This document shows positions 1 through 7,281 of a stretch of DNA of 26,646 bases, in pieces. The first letter of the stretch is position 1, and every line of letters starts with the position of its first letter. The notes beneath the pieces were generated by a model. That model saw only the letters and a list, made by a program, of their open reading frames with translations. It had not been told where the DNA came from and did no database searches. The stretch is from a virus (lineage: Duplodnaviria > Caudoviricetes): the IMG/VR virus record IMGVR_UViG_3300033076_000845, positions 1 to 26,646 of that record; one strand, written 5' to 3'. Position numbers and translations under genes: made by a program.

Positions 1-281
1 GCTCCTATGAAAGAAAGCGCCTCGCCCACGCAACTGACAACAGCGCACGGGCCACCGGTCCAGGCGACATGCCAATCGATCTGGTCCGGCGTGAGCTGGC
101 GGTCGCTGGGCGGTTTCTGACCGTCTTTGACTTCGAGCAGGTAGGTGGACTGGCGGAAGCCGACAAGAAGGTCGGGGACGCCCTTCCCTACTGCCGCAAG
201 CGTCACCACAGTGGCACCTACCTTGCGCAGCGCGGAGACAATCTCCGGCTGGTTAGCGTCGATCTTTGCGGCTCGCCTCAC
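1..281 (-). CDS. VRR-NUC-like PD-(D/E)XK nuclease, truncated at the window edge
   Basis: Not in the ORF track; translated by hand from GTG at 279-281, which overlaps the ninB stop: MRRAAKIDANQPEIVSALRKVG...GVPDLLVG...LLEVKDG...LTPDQ. Shows the PD...EVK motif and LT..Q helix typical of phage VRR-NUC proteins. Confidence 0.8.
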   Translation of the reverse strand, partial: MRRAAKIDANQPEIVSALRKVGATVVTLAAVGKGVPDLLVGFRQSTYLLEVKDGQKPPSDRQLTPDQIDWHVAWTGGPCAVVSCVGEALSFIG

Positions 282-694
282 ACCGCCTCCACCGCACTGA
301 ACCGAACCCCGCGCTCAGCGGCGAAGGCTTCCATCAACTCCTGAAGCTCTGCCATCTCACGGCGGCTCATCTTGGATGTGGACAGGCCCAGCGCAACGAA
401 GCCGGTGCCGTCAAGGTTTGGGACCACATCAAGCTTTCGCAGGCTTGCGGAGAAGACCATCTTCCAGTCGGTCGGCGTGAGGCGCTTGCCGTACCAGTCC
501 ACTTGCTGGCTGATCTCGGTCAACATCGCCCACAGTCTGGCGTTCTGCTCCAGGCTGCGCGTCTCAGGCTTGACCTCAACCACCATGCGCCGCCCGGCCA
601 TGAGATGCGCCTTGAGCTGGGTCCAGATTGCGCCGTCCAGAGCCTTCCTTGCCTGGACCGGCTCGAACATGCGGATGGATAGGCGGTCGGTCAT
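278..694 (-). CDS. ninB: NinB/Orf-family recombination protein
   Basis: RSLEQNARLWAMLTEISQQVDWYG...WK..F...STSKMS..EM.EL.E pattern; nin-region position downstream of replication genes. Confidence 0.85.
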   Translation of the reverse strand: MTDRLSIRMFEPVQARKALDGAIWTQLKAHLMAGRRMVVEVKPETRSLEQNARLWAMLTEISQQVDWYGKRLTPTDWKMVFSASLRKLDVVPNLDGTGFVALGLSTSKMSRREMAELQELMEAFAAERGVRFSAVEAV

Positions 695-867
695 TTGCCA
701 ACCACCCCATACTTGCGCACGCGGACGGAAAGAATGCCCATCTCACGCCGGCACCTAGCGCGCAGGCGAGCGGTGCCACGGTCGTAGGACGTTTCATGAG
801 GCACCGGATACCAGTGCTTGCCCGCCTTTTGTTCTACGACCCACACATGGTTCTTGCTCATGGTCAT
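691..867 (-). CDS. hypothetical phage protein (58 aa)
   Basis: ATG at 865-867 with AAGGAG just upstream; stop overlaps the ninB start (ATGA). Confidence 0.6.
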   Translation of the reverse strand: MTMSKNHVWVVEQKAGKHWYPVPHETSYDRGTARLRARCRREMGILSVRVRKYGVVGK

Positions 868-880
868 GCTCCTTGGTTGA

Positions 881-1105
881 TCACTGAATGCGCCAGACGC
901 GAGTACCACCCTCTTCCTTGCGGGAGGTGAACTTGCGGCCGATCACGGTGGAAGGCGATGTGAACTCGCCGTTTTTCTTGCCAGCGATGAAAACGCTGTC
1001 GCCGACTTCCATGGTCTTGAAGGTCCACATCAGGGTTCCTTCACCACGACGAGGGGGTGAAACACGCGCGGGAATTGGCACGCTCTTTTCGATTGCGTAG
1101 GTCAC
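881..1105 (-). CDS. small conserved-looking phage protein, possibly DNA-binding
   Basis: IEKSVPIP...MEVGDSVF...KFTSRK..GTRVWRI pattern seen in small phage proteins; coupled to the upstream gene. Confidence 0.65.
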   Translation of the reverse strand: MTYAIEKSVPIPARVSPPRRGEGTLMWTFKTMEVGDSVFIAGKKNGEFTSPSTVIGRKFTSRKEEGGTRVWRIQ

Positions 1106-1419
1106 GCCGTCACCTCTTGAGGCTTGCCAGCGATCAGAACCATCTCATCGGTTGCGTCGTCGCCAGGGTCTCGGACTGGCATTAGCACTCGGTCTTCAAG
1201 GACTGGGGCCACATCATCCGGAAGCTCAGATGAGCTTGAGTGGAAGTGCTTTTTGTTGTGCTCTCCATAGAAAGCGAGCGGGCGGGAGGCCTCCTTGAAG
1301 AGCCAGCAGAACTCACCGTCCAAGACGATGCACCTCACAACTCGCACCAGCGCGCCTACGTTTTCTGGCGCATCGATGCCATTGATGAGAATCGCGAGAT
1401 CGCCTTTTTGGCAGTTCAT
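1102..1419 (-). CDS. hypothetical phage protein
   Basis: Start/stop overlaps with both neighbours; GAGG RBS. Confidence 0.65.
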   Translation of the reverse strand: MNCQKGDLAILINGIDAPENVGALVRVVRCIVLDGEFCWLFKEASRPLAFYGEHNKKHFHSSSSELPDDVAPVLEDRVLMPVRDPGDDATDEMVLIAGKPQEVTA

Positions 1420-1598
1420 GGCTTCACCTCTTCCTTCATCTCGATCACAGGCAGAGTGATCAGGTCAACATCGTTTGCTTCGGCATAGACGTTCACATCG
1501 TCAATACCGGGAAGGTTGTAGGCCCGCTGCTCGATCAGCTTGGACAAGTGGGCTATCGGCTTCTTGTGGTCTATGACCAGCGTCAAGATCGTTCTCAT
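1416..1598 (-). CDS. hypothetical phage protein
   Basis: AAGGAG RBS; ATGA overlaps on both sides. Confidence 0.65.
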   Translation of the reverse strand: MRTILTLVIDHKKPIAHLSKLIEQRAYNLPGIDDVNVYAEANDVDLITLPVIEMKEEVKP

Positions 1599-2086
1599 GC
1601 AAACTCCTTTGTGGCGCTGGAGGCAAATCGACCAGCGGGTTTTGTCTTGGCCGCCTCTCTCGGTTCCGGCCTGGTCTTGCGAAGTCCGATCCGATGCAAA
1701 AGCTCATAGAGCATTCGGTCGCAGTACGGAGTGGCGCTCTCAAAAGGCCGTGGCTGGCAATACGGGTCAGAGTCGGCCCAGAAGCGCATGGCGAACTCGC
1801 GCCAACTCGGATGCGTCTGACCCTTTGGCAACGGGACTTCGTAGGCGCGCTCCATGCTCCTGATCTGTGCAACCAAACCGAGAATCCAGTCGTGCGAGCG
1901 CAGGCCCCGGGTGATGTCCGGCCAGCTATCCGCCGCAGCGAAGGCGTGCGCATAGCAAGCCCATCCACTGCCGGCAAGGTTCACAGTCGCACGGCATGGG
2001 CATCCGTAAGCCTTGCACTTCGACTGGTCTTGTTCGTCCTGCTTCGGCTCTTCAGTCGTCCGAGCGCGGGCTTTCATCAAGCTCAT
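1595..2086 (-). CDS. hypothetical protein in the replication P-gene position (Cys-containing N-terminus)
   Basis: AAGGAG RBS; ATGA overlap with the initiator stop; C...C.C...C..H cluster; no Walker A motif. Confidence 0.7.
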   Translation of the reverse strand: MSLMKARARTTEEPKQDEQDQSKCKAYGCPCRATVNLAGSGWACYAHAFAAADSWPDITRGLRSHDWILGLVAQIRSMERAYEVPLPKGQTHPSWREFAMRFWADSDPYCQPRPFESATPYCDRMLYELLHRIGLRKTRPEPREAAKTKPAGRFASSATKEFA

Positions 2087-2904
2087 GCGGTCTCCTTGTG
2101 GTAGTGACCCTCAATGACCTTGACGAACTTCGTCGGGGTCATCAGGAAATCGAGGTCGGCTCGCCAGTCCTTGGCTTTGCCGGTGAGGAATGGGCTTTTC
2201 GATGCGTGGTCGAAAAACCAATCGAAGAACTCAAGCGCTGACTCGCGCGGGGTCGGCGACTTGGCGATGTCAGGGTCTGCCAAAACCTCACGCCAGCGGG
2301 CGGCGATGTGGCGTTTGCGCGTGTCGTTCAAAACCTCAACCCGTGGGAGGGTGGGCAGTCGACGGTGGTACAGGTCGACAATCTGATCGTTCGGGCAGGC
2401 AGGAGGTCGATTCGCCGAAGGCGTGTCGACGAGAACCGAAGGTTCTTGTATTTCTTCTTCTCTTATCTTCTCTTCTCTTATCGGTTTCGCCTGGGTTGCC
2501 GATGGGTTCTCGCTGGGTTCGCCTTGGGTTACCGCTGGGTTACCCGTGGGTTTCCCATGGGTTTCCGTTGGGTTCTTTTCCTTGCGTGGACGGCCACCTG
2601 TCTTGCCGTTTTCCCATGCTGCGATCAGGGAAGCGTTCTTCTCTGCCCAACCGCAAACAATGATGTTGTCGCCATCACGCTCGATGAACCCGGCTTCGAT
2701 CAGCGCCTTCTCAAAGGCTTCTGCATCTCCCTGGAACTTGCATTGAGCCTTCAGGCCGCGCGTTGGCATGGCGAAGGTGTCGGACTTGCGCTCCTGGCAG
2801 TGAGCCCACAGGCGCAGGATGCACAGTGGGGCAGTAGGATCGCCCAGCGCATCTGTCACCATGCCGGTGCGCCAGTGATCGAGGAAGTCTGGATCAACGA
2901 TCAC
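2083..2904 (-). CDS. phage replication initiator (lambda O-like)
   Basis: N-terminal wHTH-like region (LRLWAHC), central NGKTGGRP plus a low-complexity iteron-encoded linker, C-terminal W.ADLDFL...F.KVIEG.Y motif; lies downstream of cro-cII. Confidence 0.85.
   Translation of the reverse strand: MIVDPDFLDHWRTGMVTDALGDPTAPLCILRLWAHCQERKSDTFAMPTRGLKAQCKFQGDAEAFEKALIEAGFIERDGDNIIVCGWAEKNASLIAAWENGKTGGRPRKEKNPTETHGKPTGNPAVTQGEPSENPSATQAKPIREEKIREEEIQEPSVLVDTPSANRPPACPNDQIVDLYHRRLPTLPRVEVLNDTRKRHIAARWREVLADPDIAKSPTPRESALEFFDWFFDHASKSPFLTGKAKDWRADLDFLMTPTKFVKVIEGHYHKETA
2481..2574. repeat. replication origin iteron array inside the initiator gene
   Basis: TGGGTT starts at 2492, 2503, 2514, 2525, 2536, 2547, 2558 and 2569 (exact 11-bp period), with a degenerate TCGGTT at 2481; next to a pyrimidine/AT-rich tract at about 2443-2480. 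Confidence 0.85.
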
Positions 2905-3041
2905 GCGGCCGCCTTCTGGCTCTGCCGAGCGCGTGCATAGATGCCGAACAAGCGAGGCTTGACAAGCTCTTGACCACGCTTGGAGAGCCCTTGGATGGGC
3001 TGTGCGCTGCGGTCGTCTGATTTGAGGGGTGGTGTGGTCAT
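2901..3041 (-). CDS. small hypothetical protein (46 aa)
   Basis: Hand-translated MTTPPLKSDD...QKAAA; GGAG RBS; stop overlaps the initiator GTG. Confidence 0.55.
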   Translation of the reverse strand: MTTPPLKSDDRSAQPIQGLSKRGQELVKPRLFGIYARARQSQKAAA

Positions 3042-3205
3042 GCGGGCTCCAAAGGAGGTAGCTGCGTGCTCACGATCTGGCGCATCTGCTCAACTTGAGC
3101 AGCATCCGCAGGCTCGCCATTCGTGGTTTTGAATTCGGCGAGGAACTGACGGTCTTCGTAGACTCGATAAGAGCCTTTGTTGGCGTCAATGACTACGAGC
3201 TTCAT
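3038..3205 (-). CDS. small hypothetical protein (55 aa)
   Basis: Hand-translated MKLVVIDANKGSYRVYEDRQF...LEPA; ATGA overlaps with the cII stop and the next gene. Confidence 0.55.
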   Translation of the reverse strand: MKLVVIDANKGSYRVYEDRQFLAEFKTTNGEPADAAQVEQMRQIVSTQLPPLEPA

Positions 3206-3564
3206 GCCAACCCCGCTTGCTTCATGAGCGCCTGGATCTGCTCAAGCGCGGCAAGCTTCTTGGCGGCTTCGTGGTCGCTTGTGTGGCTCTTGCTCAGGAA
3301 CTTCTCGACCAGATAGAAGATGGGCGTGTAGTCCTTGGTCTTCTCAAGGTACATCTCGAACTCATCCACACCGAACTTGCGCTGGCTCTCATCCGAAAGC
3401 TGGTTGCTCAGGTTGCCGGGCGACTCGTTGAGGTCAATCGCACAGGTGGACAGGCCACGGCGGTAGATGCCTGCTCCGATGCAGTCGCGCAGGTTGCGGT
3501 GACGCTCTGCAAGGCCCGGTTCAAAGTCGAGCGTCATCTGGTTTTTGGGGGCTGTGATACTCAC
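3202..3564 (-). CDS. cII: CII-like transcriptional activator
   Basis: HTH-like segment (LSTCAIDLNESPGNLSNQLS); directly downstream of cro; a TTGT-N6-TTGT site lies beside its start. Confidence 0.7.
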   Translation of the reverse strand: MSITAPKNQMTLDFEPGLAERHRNLRDCIGAGIYRRGLSTCAIDLNESPGNLSNQLSDESQRKFGVDEFEMYLEKTKDYTPIFYLVEKFLSKSHTSDHEAAKKLAALEQIQALMKQAGLA

Positions 3565-3576
3565 TGATAAAACCTC

Positions 3577-3609
3577 TTGTCAGTCGTTGTCACTGGGGGG
3601 CCGAAAAAT
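3577..3609 (+). promoter_or_regulatory. PRE-like CII-activated establishment promoter
   Basis: TTGT-cagtcg-TTGT at 3577-3590 (compare lambda CII TTGC-N6-TTGC), 17-bp spacer from the N6 hexamer, -10-like AAAAAT at 3604-3609; lies between cro and cII and points toward cI. Confidence 0.65.
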
Positions 3610-3649
3610 GCGAGGCATGAAACACGTTCATCACCTCGCACTGCTGGAA

Positions 3650-3880
3650 CTAGGTCGTTTGGTCTGCGGTCGGTACTGCATCGGCCAGCTCAGGCCAGAT
3701 GCGCGCCCAATCGTTGGGGCGGAGCTGTTGCCGGGTGATTTCCCGGCCGCTCTCACGCTCGATAAGGACGCAAAGCTCAGCGGAAGCTTCTCGGCGTCCA
3801 GAGAGGACTTGGTAGAGGTATTGGTCCGCGATCCGGCACTTCTGCGCCAGGACGGCACGCTTAGCGGGCGAGATAGTCAT
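3650..3880 (-). CDS. cro: Cro-like repressor (YdaS/Cro family)
   Basis: HTH LAQKCRIADQYLYQVLSGRR and C-terminal IE..SG..ITRQQLRP.DW..IWPEL signature; divergent from cI. Confidence 0.9.
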   Translation of the reverse strand: MTISPAKRAVLAQKCRIADQYLYQVLSGRREASAELCVLIERESGREITRQQLRPNDWARIWPELADAVPTADQTT

Positions 3881-3885
3881 GCCTC

Positions 3886-3926
3886 ATCATATCGAAACGC
3901 TAGGTCCGCTACAAGCGTTTCGCACT
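3886..3926 (-). promoter_or_regulatory. PR promoter with OR operator
   Basis: Minus strand: -35 TTGTAG (3914-3909), 17 bp, -10 TATGAT (3891-3886); overlapped by the inverted repeat CGAAACGCT (3893-3901) / AGCGTTTCG (3914-3922). Confidence 0.8.
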
Positions 3927-3933
3927 CCGTTCG

Positions 3934-3970
3934 TCGCCTACTCTCTCAATCTGCTAGTGACAATCGCCGG
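3934..3970 (+). promoter_or_regulatory. PRM-like maintenance promoter (leaderless cI)
   Basis: -10-like GACAAT at 3959-3964, 6 nt before the cI ATG; weak -35; no Shine-Dalgarno sequence. Confidence 0.55.
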
Positions 3971-4624
3971 ATGGACCCTCAAGTCGAAGCTCTCAAGCGT
4001 CTTTGCGACGCCCATGGCGGATACCAAGCTGTGGCCGATGCCATCCAGGCGAATCGCCAGACGATCTATCAAATCTATGCAGGGATAAAGCTCCCTAGCG
4101 GCAACCCGCGCGGCGTCGGCCCGGAGCTGCGCCGAAAGATCGCGGCCAGGTTCCCCAATTGGCTGGAGGATGGCCCCATGACAGCAAACATACAACCTGT
4201 TACAAGGAAGGGCCGGGTGCCTCTCATTTCGTGGGTCATCGCCGGGAACCTGGAGGAGATACAGGACATGTACCAGCCCGGCGAGGCGGATGAATGGATA
4301 GATGCATGGGAGACAAAACCAGGGGCAAACAGTTTCGCGCTGAAGGTCAGCGGTGACAGCATGACCAGCCCATACCCCGGAGAAAGATCATTTCCTGACG
4401 GAACCATCATCATTGTTGACCCAGGCCGGGCCTGCGATGCTGGTGATTACGTGGTTGCCAAAGACGTGGCAACACAACAGGCCACTTTTAAGCGGCTGGC
4501 ACATGACGGAGGACGCTGGTTTTTGAAGCCGCTGAACCCTACATACCCTATCCTTGAGATCGACGACCCGGCGCTGCGGGTAATCGGTCGCGTTATCGAG
4601 TTCCGATTTGGAGGAAAACTATGA
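3971..4624 (+). CDS. cI: CI repressor, LexA/S24 peptidase family (217 aa)
   Basis: N-terminal HTH (YQAVADAIQANRQTIYQI), cleavage site VIAG, catalytic GDSM serine and TFKRL lysine. The frame is also open upstream to 3545 (see findings). Confidence 0.93.
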   Translation: MDPQVEALKRLCDAHGGYQAVADAIQANRQTIYQIYAGIKLPSGNPRGVGPELRRKIAARFPNWLEDGPMTANIQPVTRKGRVPLISWVIAGNLEEIQDMYQPGEADEWIDAWETKPGANSFALKVSGDSMTSPYPGERSFPDGTIIIVDPGRACDAGDYVVAKDVATQQATFKRLAHDGGRWFLKPLNPTYPILEIDDPALRVIGRVIEFRFGGKL

Positions 4625-4986
4625 AGCTGGCGATTCTTGTTGCGGCCGTTGCACTGTCAGGATGTGCAGGATCTGCAATGCTGGTCAGAGATGGCAAGAC
4701 CTACCCTGCAGAGATCAGCAAGGCAACCAGGTCCATGACTGCGACCATTGATGGCGAGGTCTACAAAGGCGATCTGGCGCTGAATCAGACCTTCGGCTTT
4801 GGGACTGGCTTTAGCGCTGGCAGAGTCGGCTTCGGCACGGGCATTGGCATGGGCAATCAGGCCCGCGCTACGCTGCTTTCATCCACCAACAAGGTTCTGC
4901 GCTGCGACTTGACCTTGCTGTCATTCAGCGCGCAGGGGGTGTGCCAAGACCCCCAGGGGAACGTCTACGACGTAGTGGCCAAGTAA
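4621..4986 (+). CDS. lipoprotein co-transcribed with cI, putative superinfection exclusion or lysogenic conversion protein
   Basis: Signal peptide with lipobox LSGC (Cys15); ATGA overlap with the cI stop; followed by a terminator. Confidence 0.8.
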   Translation: MKLAILVAAVALSGCAGSAMLVRDGKTYPAEISKATRSMTATIDGEVYKGDLALNQTFGFGTGFSAGRVGFGTGIGMGNQARATLLSSTNKVLRCDLTLLSFSAQGVCQDPQGNVYDVVAK

Positions 4987-5003
4987 CCCCGCCACACCCA
5001 ACC

Positions 5004-5027
5004 AAGCCGCCTAAGGGCGGTTTTTTT
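5004..5027 (+). terminator. Rho-independent terminator of the immunity operon
   Basis: CCGCC-taag-GGCGG hairpin followed by T7. Confidence 0.85.
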
Positions 5028-5042
5028 ACGACCGTTTGTCGG

Positions 5043-5099
5043 GCGAAACGCTAGATCAGTGCGAAACGCTTGACGTTGCTTCTAGCGTTTTGATATGCT
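5043..5099 (+). promoter_or_regulatory. PL promoter with OL operators
   Basis: -35 TTGACG (5070-5075), 18 bp, -10 TATGCT (5094-5099); GCGAAACGCT at 5043 and 5061 and an inverted CTAGCGTTTTG at 5082; nearly identical to PR. Confidence 0.82.
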
Positions 5100-5143
5100 T
5101 CATCTCACGGCTTCACCGAAGCCTTTAACTAGGAGATGGGGCG

Positions 5144-5446
5144 ATGTCACTGGATCACGGAATGCTGAATGTCCCGCTGGCAAAGCGCGGCGACATCGAC
5201 GCACAGATCGACAAGTACCTGGCCAAACATGCCGCCGAAGCAAAGGCCGCTGCCAAGGCCAAAGCTGCTGAAACCACCGCACTGCGCGCACGTGCCAAGG
5301 CAATCGTGGCAGCGATGACAGATGAGCGCATCGCAGAACTCGCCGCCAAATGCGAGGCCACGCCAGCGGCCATTCGCAAGCTGATGACAAGCAATGCGCA
5401 CTGGCACCCGGCACTGGTCATCAAGGCGCATGGGGGTGCCGCATGA
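5144..5446 (+). CDS. first PL-operon gene, hypothetical protein
   Basis: AGGAG RBS at 5131-5135; Ala-rich helical protein; chained by an ATGA overlap. Confidence 0.7.
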   Translation: MSLDHGMLNVPLAKRGDIDAQIDKYLAKHAAEAKAAAKAKAAETTALRARAKAIVAAMTDERIAELAAKCEATPAAIRKLMTSNAHWHPALVIKAHGGAA

Positions 5447-5628
5447 ACCTCAACAACATCCCCCAGCCCGAAGCAGTCGAGCTTCGCGGCGACTTCGCAT
5501 GGTTCTTGTGGGACTGTGCAGTTCAAGAGCAAGACACGGGCTTTCTGTCGCTGGAGCCTGTTGAGCAGGAAGTGATGCGGGCCAAGCTGAGCGAGCGGTC
5601 TGCTTTCCGTGCGGAGGTGGTCGCATGA
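5443..5628 (+). CDS. hypothetical protein (61 aa, MNLNNIPQ...)
   Basis: ATGA overlaps at both ends; start revised from the ORF track's 5350. Confidence 0.6.
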   Translation: MNLNNIPQPEAVELRGDFAWFLWDCAVQEQDTGFLSLEPVEQEVMRAKLSERSAFRAEVVA

Positions 5629-6044
5629 GCGCGTTTTCCACCCACCTAAGCCTTGGGCAAAGGGCCTACGCAGTTCAGGCGTGCACACATCGGCCCGACT
5701 ACTGCGTTGTACGTCTGACAGTCGGTCAAATTCGCGTCACCGAGACGGCGCCAAGCGAACGGCCAAATTACGACACCGACCCTCTCTTCAAAGAAGAGTA
5801 CATGTGCATCGAAACCGGGGTCGGGAGCGGGACTATTTGGCAGTACGGCAAGAACATCTTTGCCACCGAGGCGGATGCCAAGGCCGGTGTCGTCGCACAT
5901 GAGCAGCGCGCACATAAACAACGCGCTGAGCACGACGCTCGCCAAGAAATAGAACGAGCACGCACGGAAGCCGAAGAGCGAGCGGAAATGCTGCGCTTGG
6001 CCGAAAAGTACGGGATCGCAGAAGCCATCTGGAGCGCGCAATGA
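5625..6044 (+). CDS. hypothetical phage protein
   Basis: GGAGG RBS; ATGA coupling. Confidence 0.7.
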   Translation: MSAFSTHLSLGQRAYAVQACTHRPDYCVVRLTVGQIRVTETAPSERPNYDTDPLFKEEYMCIETGVGSGTIWQYGKNIFATEADAKAGVVAHEQRAHKQRAEHDARQEIERARTEAEERAEMLRLAEKYGIAEAIWSAQ

Positions 6045-6295
6045 ACACCGTCGACAACGTAGAGCGCCGCGACTCTGACCCTCACGCATACAGCCGTCAG
6101 TTCGATCCCGGTCCTGACATGTACGAGCACCACATCAACGATGCATGCCGGGCTATTCAGCAGACGCCTTTTCGCCTGGTTGATGCGGCTTTCATCGGTC
6201 AGGTTCTGAGCACCTTGGCCTGCAAAGCACACGAAGCAACTCTGAACGAGATTGCTGATGAGCTGGACGTTATTGCATGCGAGGTCACACCATGA
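6041..6295 (+). CDS. hypothetical phage protein
   Basis: GGAG RBS; ATGA coupling. Confidence 0.65.
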   Translation: MNTVDNVERRDSDPHAYSRQFDPGPDMYEHHINDACRAIQQTPFRLVDAAFIGQVLSTLACKAHEATLNEIADELDVIACEVTP

Positions 6296-6681
6296 AATCA
6301 CACACGCCTGAATCCTTTGTGAAGGCTTCTGTCGCTGCTGAGCGTGAGCAGTGGACGGGGGTGAGCACGCAGCACACACCGGTCGAACAACGAGTCGGAT
6401 CGGTCGAGGGTCGTTTGGCACCGCGCCCGTATCGACACGGCGACCCTCTTCCCGCCGATGGCTCCATTTGCCTCGTGTCTGGCGCAAATTGCGACATCGA
6501 AAGCGACCAGCACCGCGCTTATCTGTGGAGGAGAGTAATTGGCTTTTCAGCAGACGATGAGTTCGTCTGTCTGCAAAAGCCCGGCTGCTGGCCCACGGTT
6601 GAACGAACTTCACATTGCTGGTTCGCGGAGATCCCAGATGCGCGTGCAGACGAATACGTCCCCACCGGAGAGCAATCATGA
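6292..6681 (+). CDS. hypothetical phage protein
   Basis: GAGG RBS before ATG 6292; ATGA coupling on both sides. Confidence 0.65.
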   Translation: MKSHTPESFVKASVAAEREQWTGVSTQHTPVEQRVGSVEGRLAPRPYRHGDPLPADGSICLVSGANCDIESDQHRAYLWRRVIGFSADDEFVCLQKPGCWPTVERTSHCWFAEIPDARADEYVPTGEQS

Positions 6682-6929
6682 ACCGCTACAACACCGCACC
6701 CAGCGAAGGCTTGTCGTCTGCTCGCCAGATTCTGAAGGTCGTCCCCATCGCAAGCACGTACTGCGTTGACACCGGAAAGGTCGTGATCGGTCGCGCTTAT
6801 GTGCCGCCATCGCCCCGCGTCATTTCGCGTGATGCCGAGATGGTGCAAACAGCTTTGCTTGAGCCGCGCACCGCCTACCCTCGTCCCGTGCTGGCTCGCG
6901 TGGCTGGCGCTCTCTGGAGCCTTGCATGA
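6678..6929 (+). CDS. hypothetical phage protein
   Basis: GGAG RBS before ATG 6678; ATGA coupling. Confidence 0.65.
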   Translation: MNRYNTAPSEGLSSARQILKVVPIASTYCVDTGKVVIGRAYVPPSPRVISRDAEMVQTALLEPRTAYPRPVLARVAGALWSLA

Positions 6930-7120
6930 CCAACCGCTACAGAGCAGGCCAGCCCTGCATACCTCAGATGCCCATCGACTTTGCTGGTGATGAGCCAGAA
7001 GACGCGGAAGACCTCGAACAGATGAGCGCTGATGTTCTCGCCATCACTGCTTGGTTTTTTCTTATCCCGCTGGTTGTCTTTCTCATCGCTGTTGTTGCCC
7101 TCTTCTGGAGCATGAAATGA
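6926..7120 (+). CDS. small membrane protein
   Basis: C-terminal hydrophobic helix (VLAITAWFFLIPLVVFLIAVVALFW); GGAG RBS. Confidence 0.65.
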   Translation: MTNRYRAGQPCIPQMPIDFAGDEPEDAEDLEQMSADVLAITAWFFLIPLVVFLIAVVALFWSMK

Positions 7121-7281
7121 GGATGAAAGAAAGCAATTGGCCGATTGAGCAAGAGCGCAGACCACGGCCAGTCATCCAGGCAATCGTCGTCGGCCTCCGT
7201 GAGGCAAAGCGCGAACTCAACCGGCAGAAGCAAGCGCAGAAGGTGCGCGATCTGCCTGATCCATTCAAGGAAAAAGCATGA
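7117..7281 (+). CDS. small hypothetical protein
   Basis: Fills the gap with ATGA overlaps at both ends; basic, helical. Confidence 0.55.
   Translation: MRMKESNWPIEQERRPRPVIQAIVVGLREAKRELNRQKQAQKVRDLPDPFKEKA

Noticed and set aside
2481-2574. TGGGTT array as a CRISPR or telomere-like repeat
   Set aside because: The 6-bp units with 5-bp spacers lie inside the initiator gene, which fits iterons; no cas genes are present.
5101-5138. Hairpin GGCTTC-acc-GAAGCC plus a boxA-like GCCTTTAAC as a nut site
   Set aside because: Poor boxA match, no counterpart found after cro, and no clear arginine-rich N protein; too weak to call.
5768-6679. 303-aa minus-strand ORF and similar long antisense ORFs in the PL operon
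   Set aside because: They lie opposite a tightly ATGA-coupled plus-strand operon; expected by chance in GC-rich DNA.
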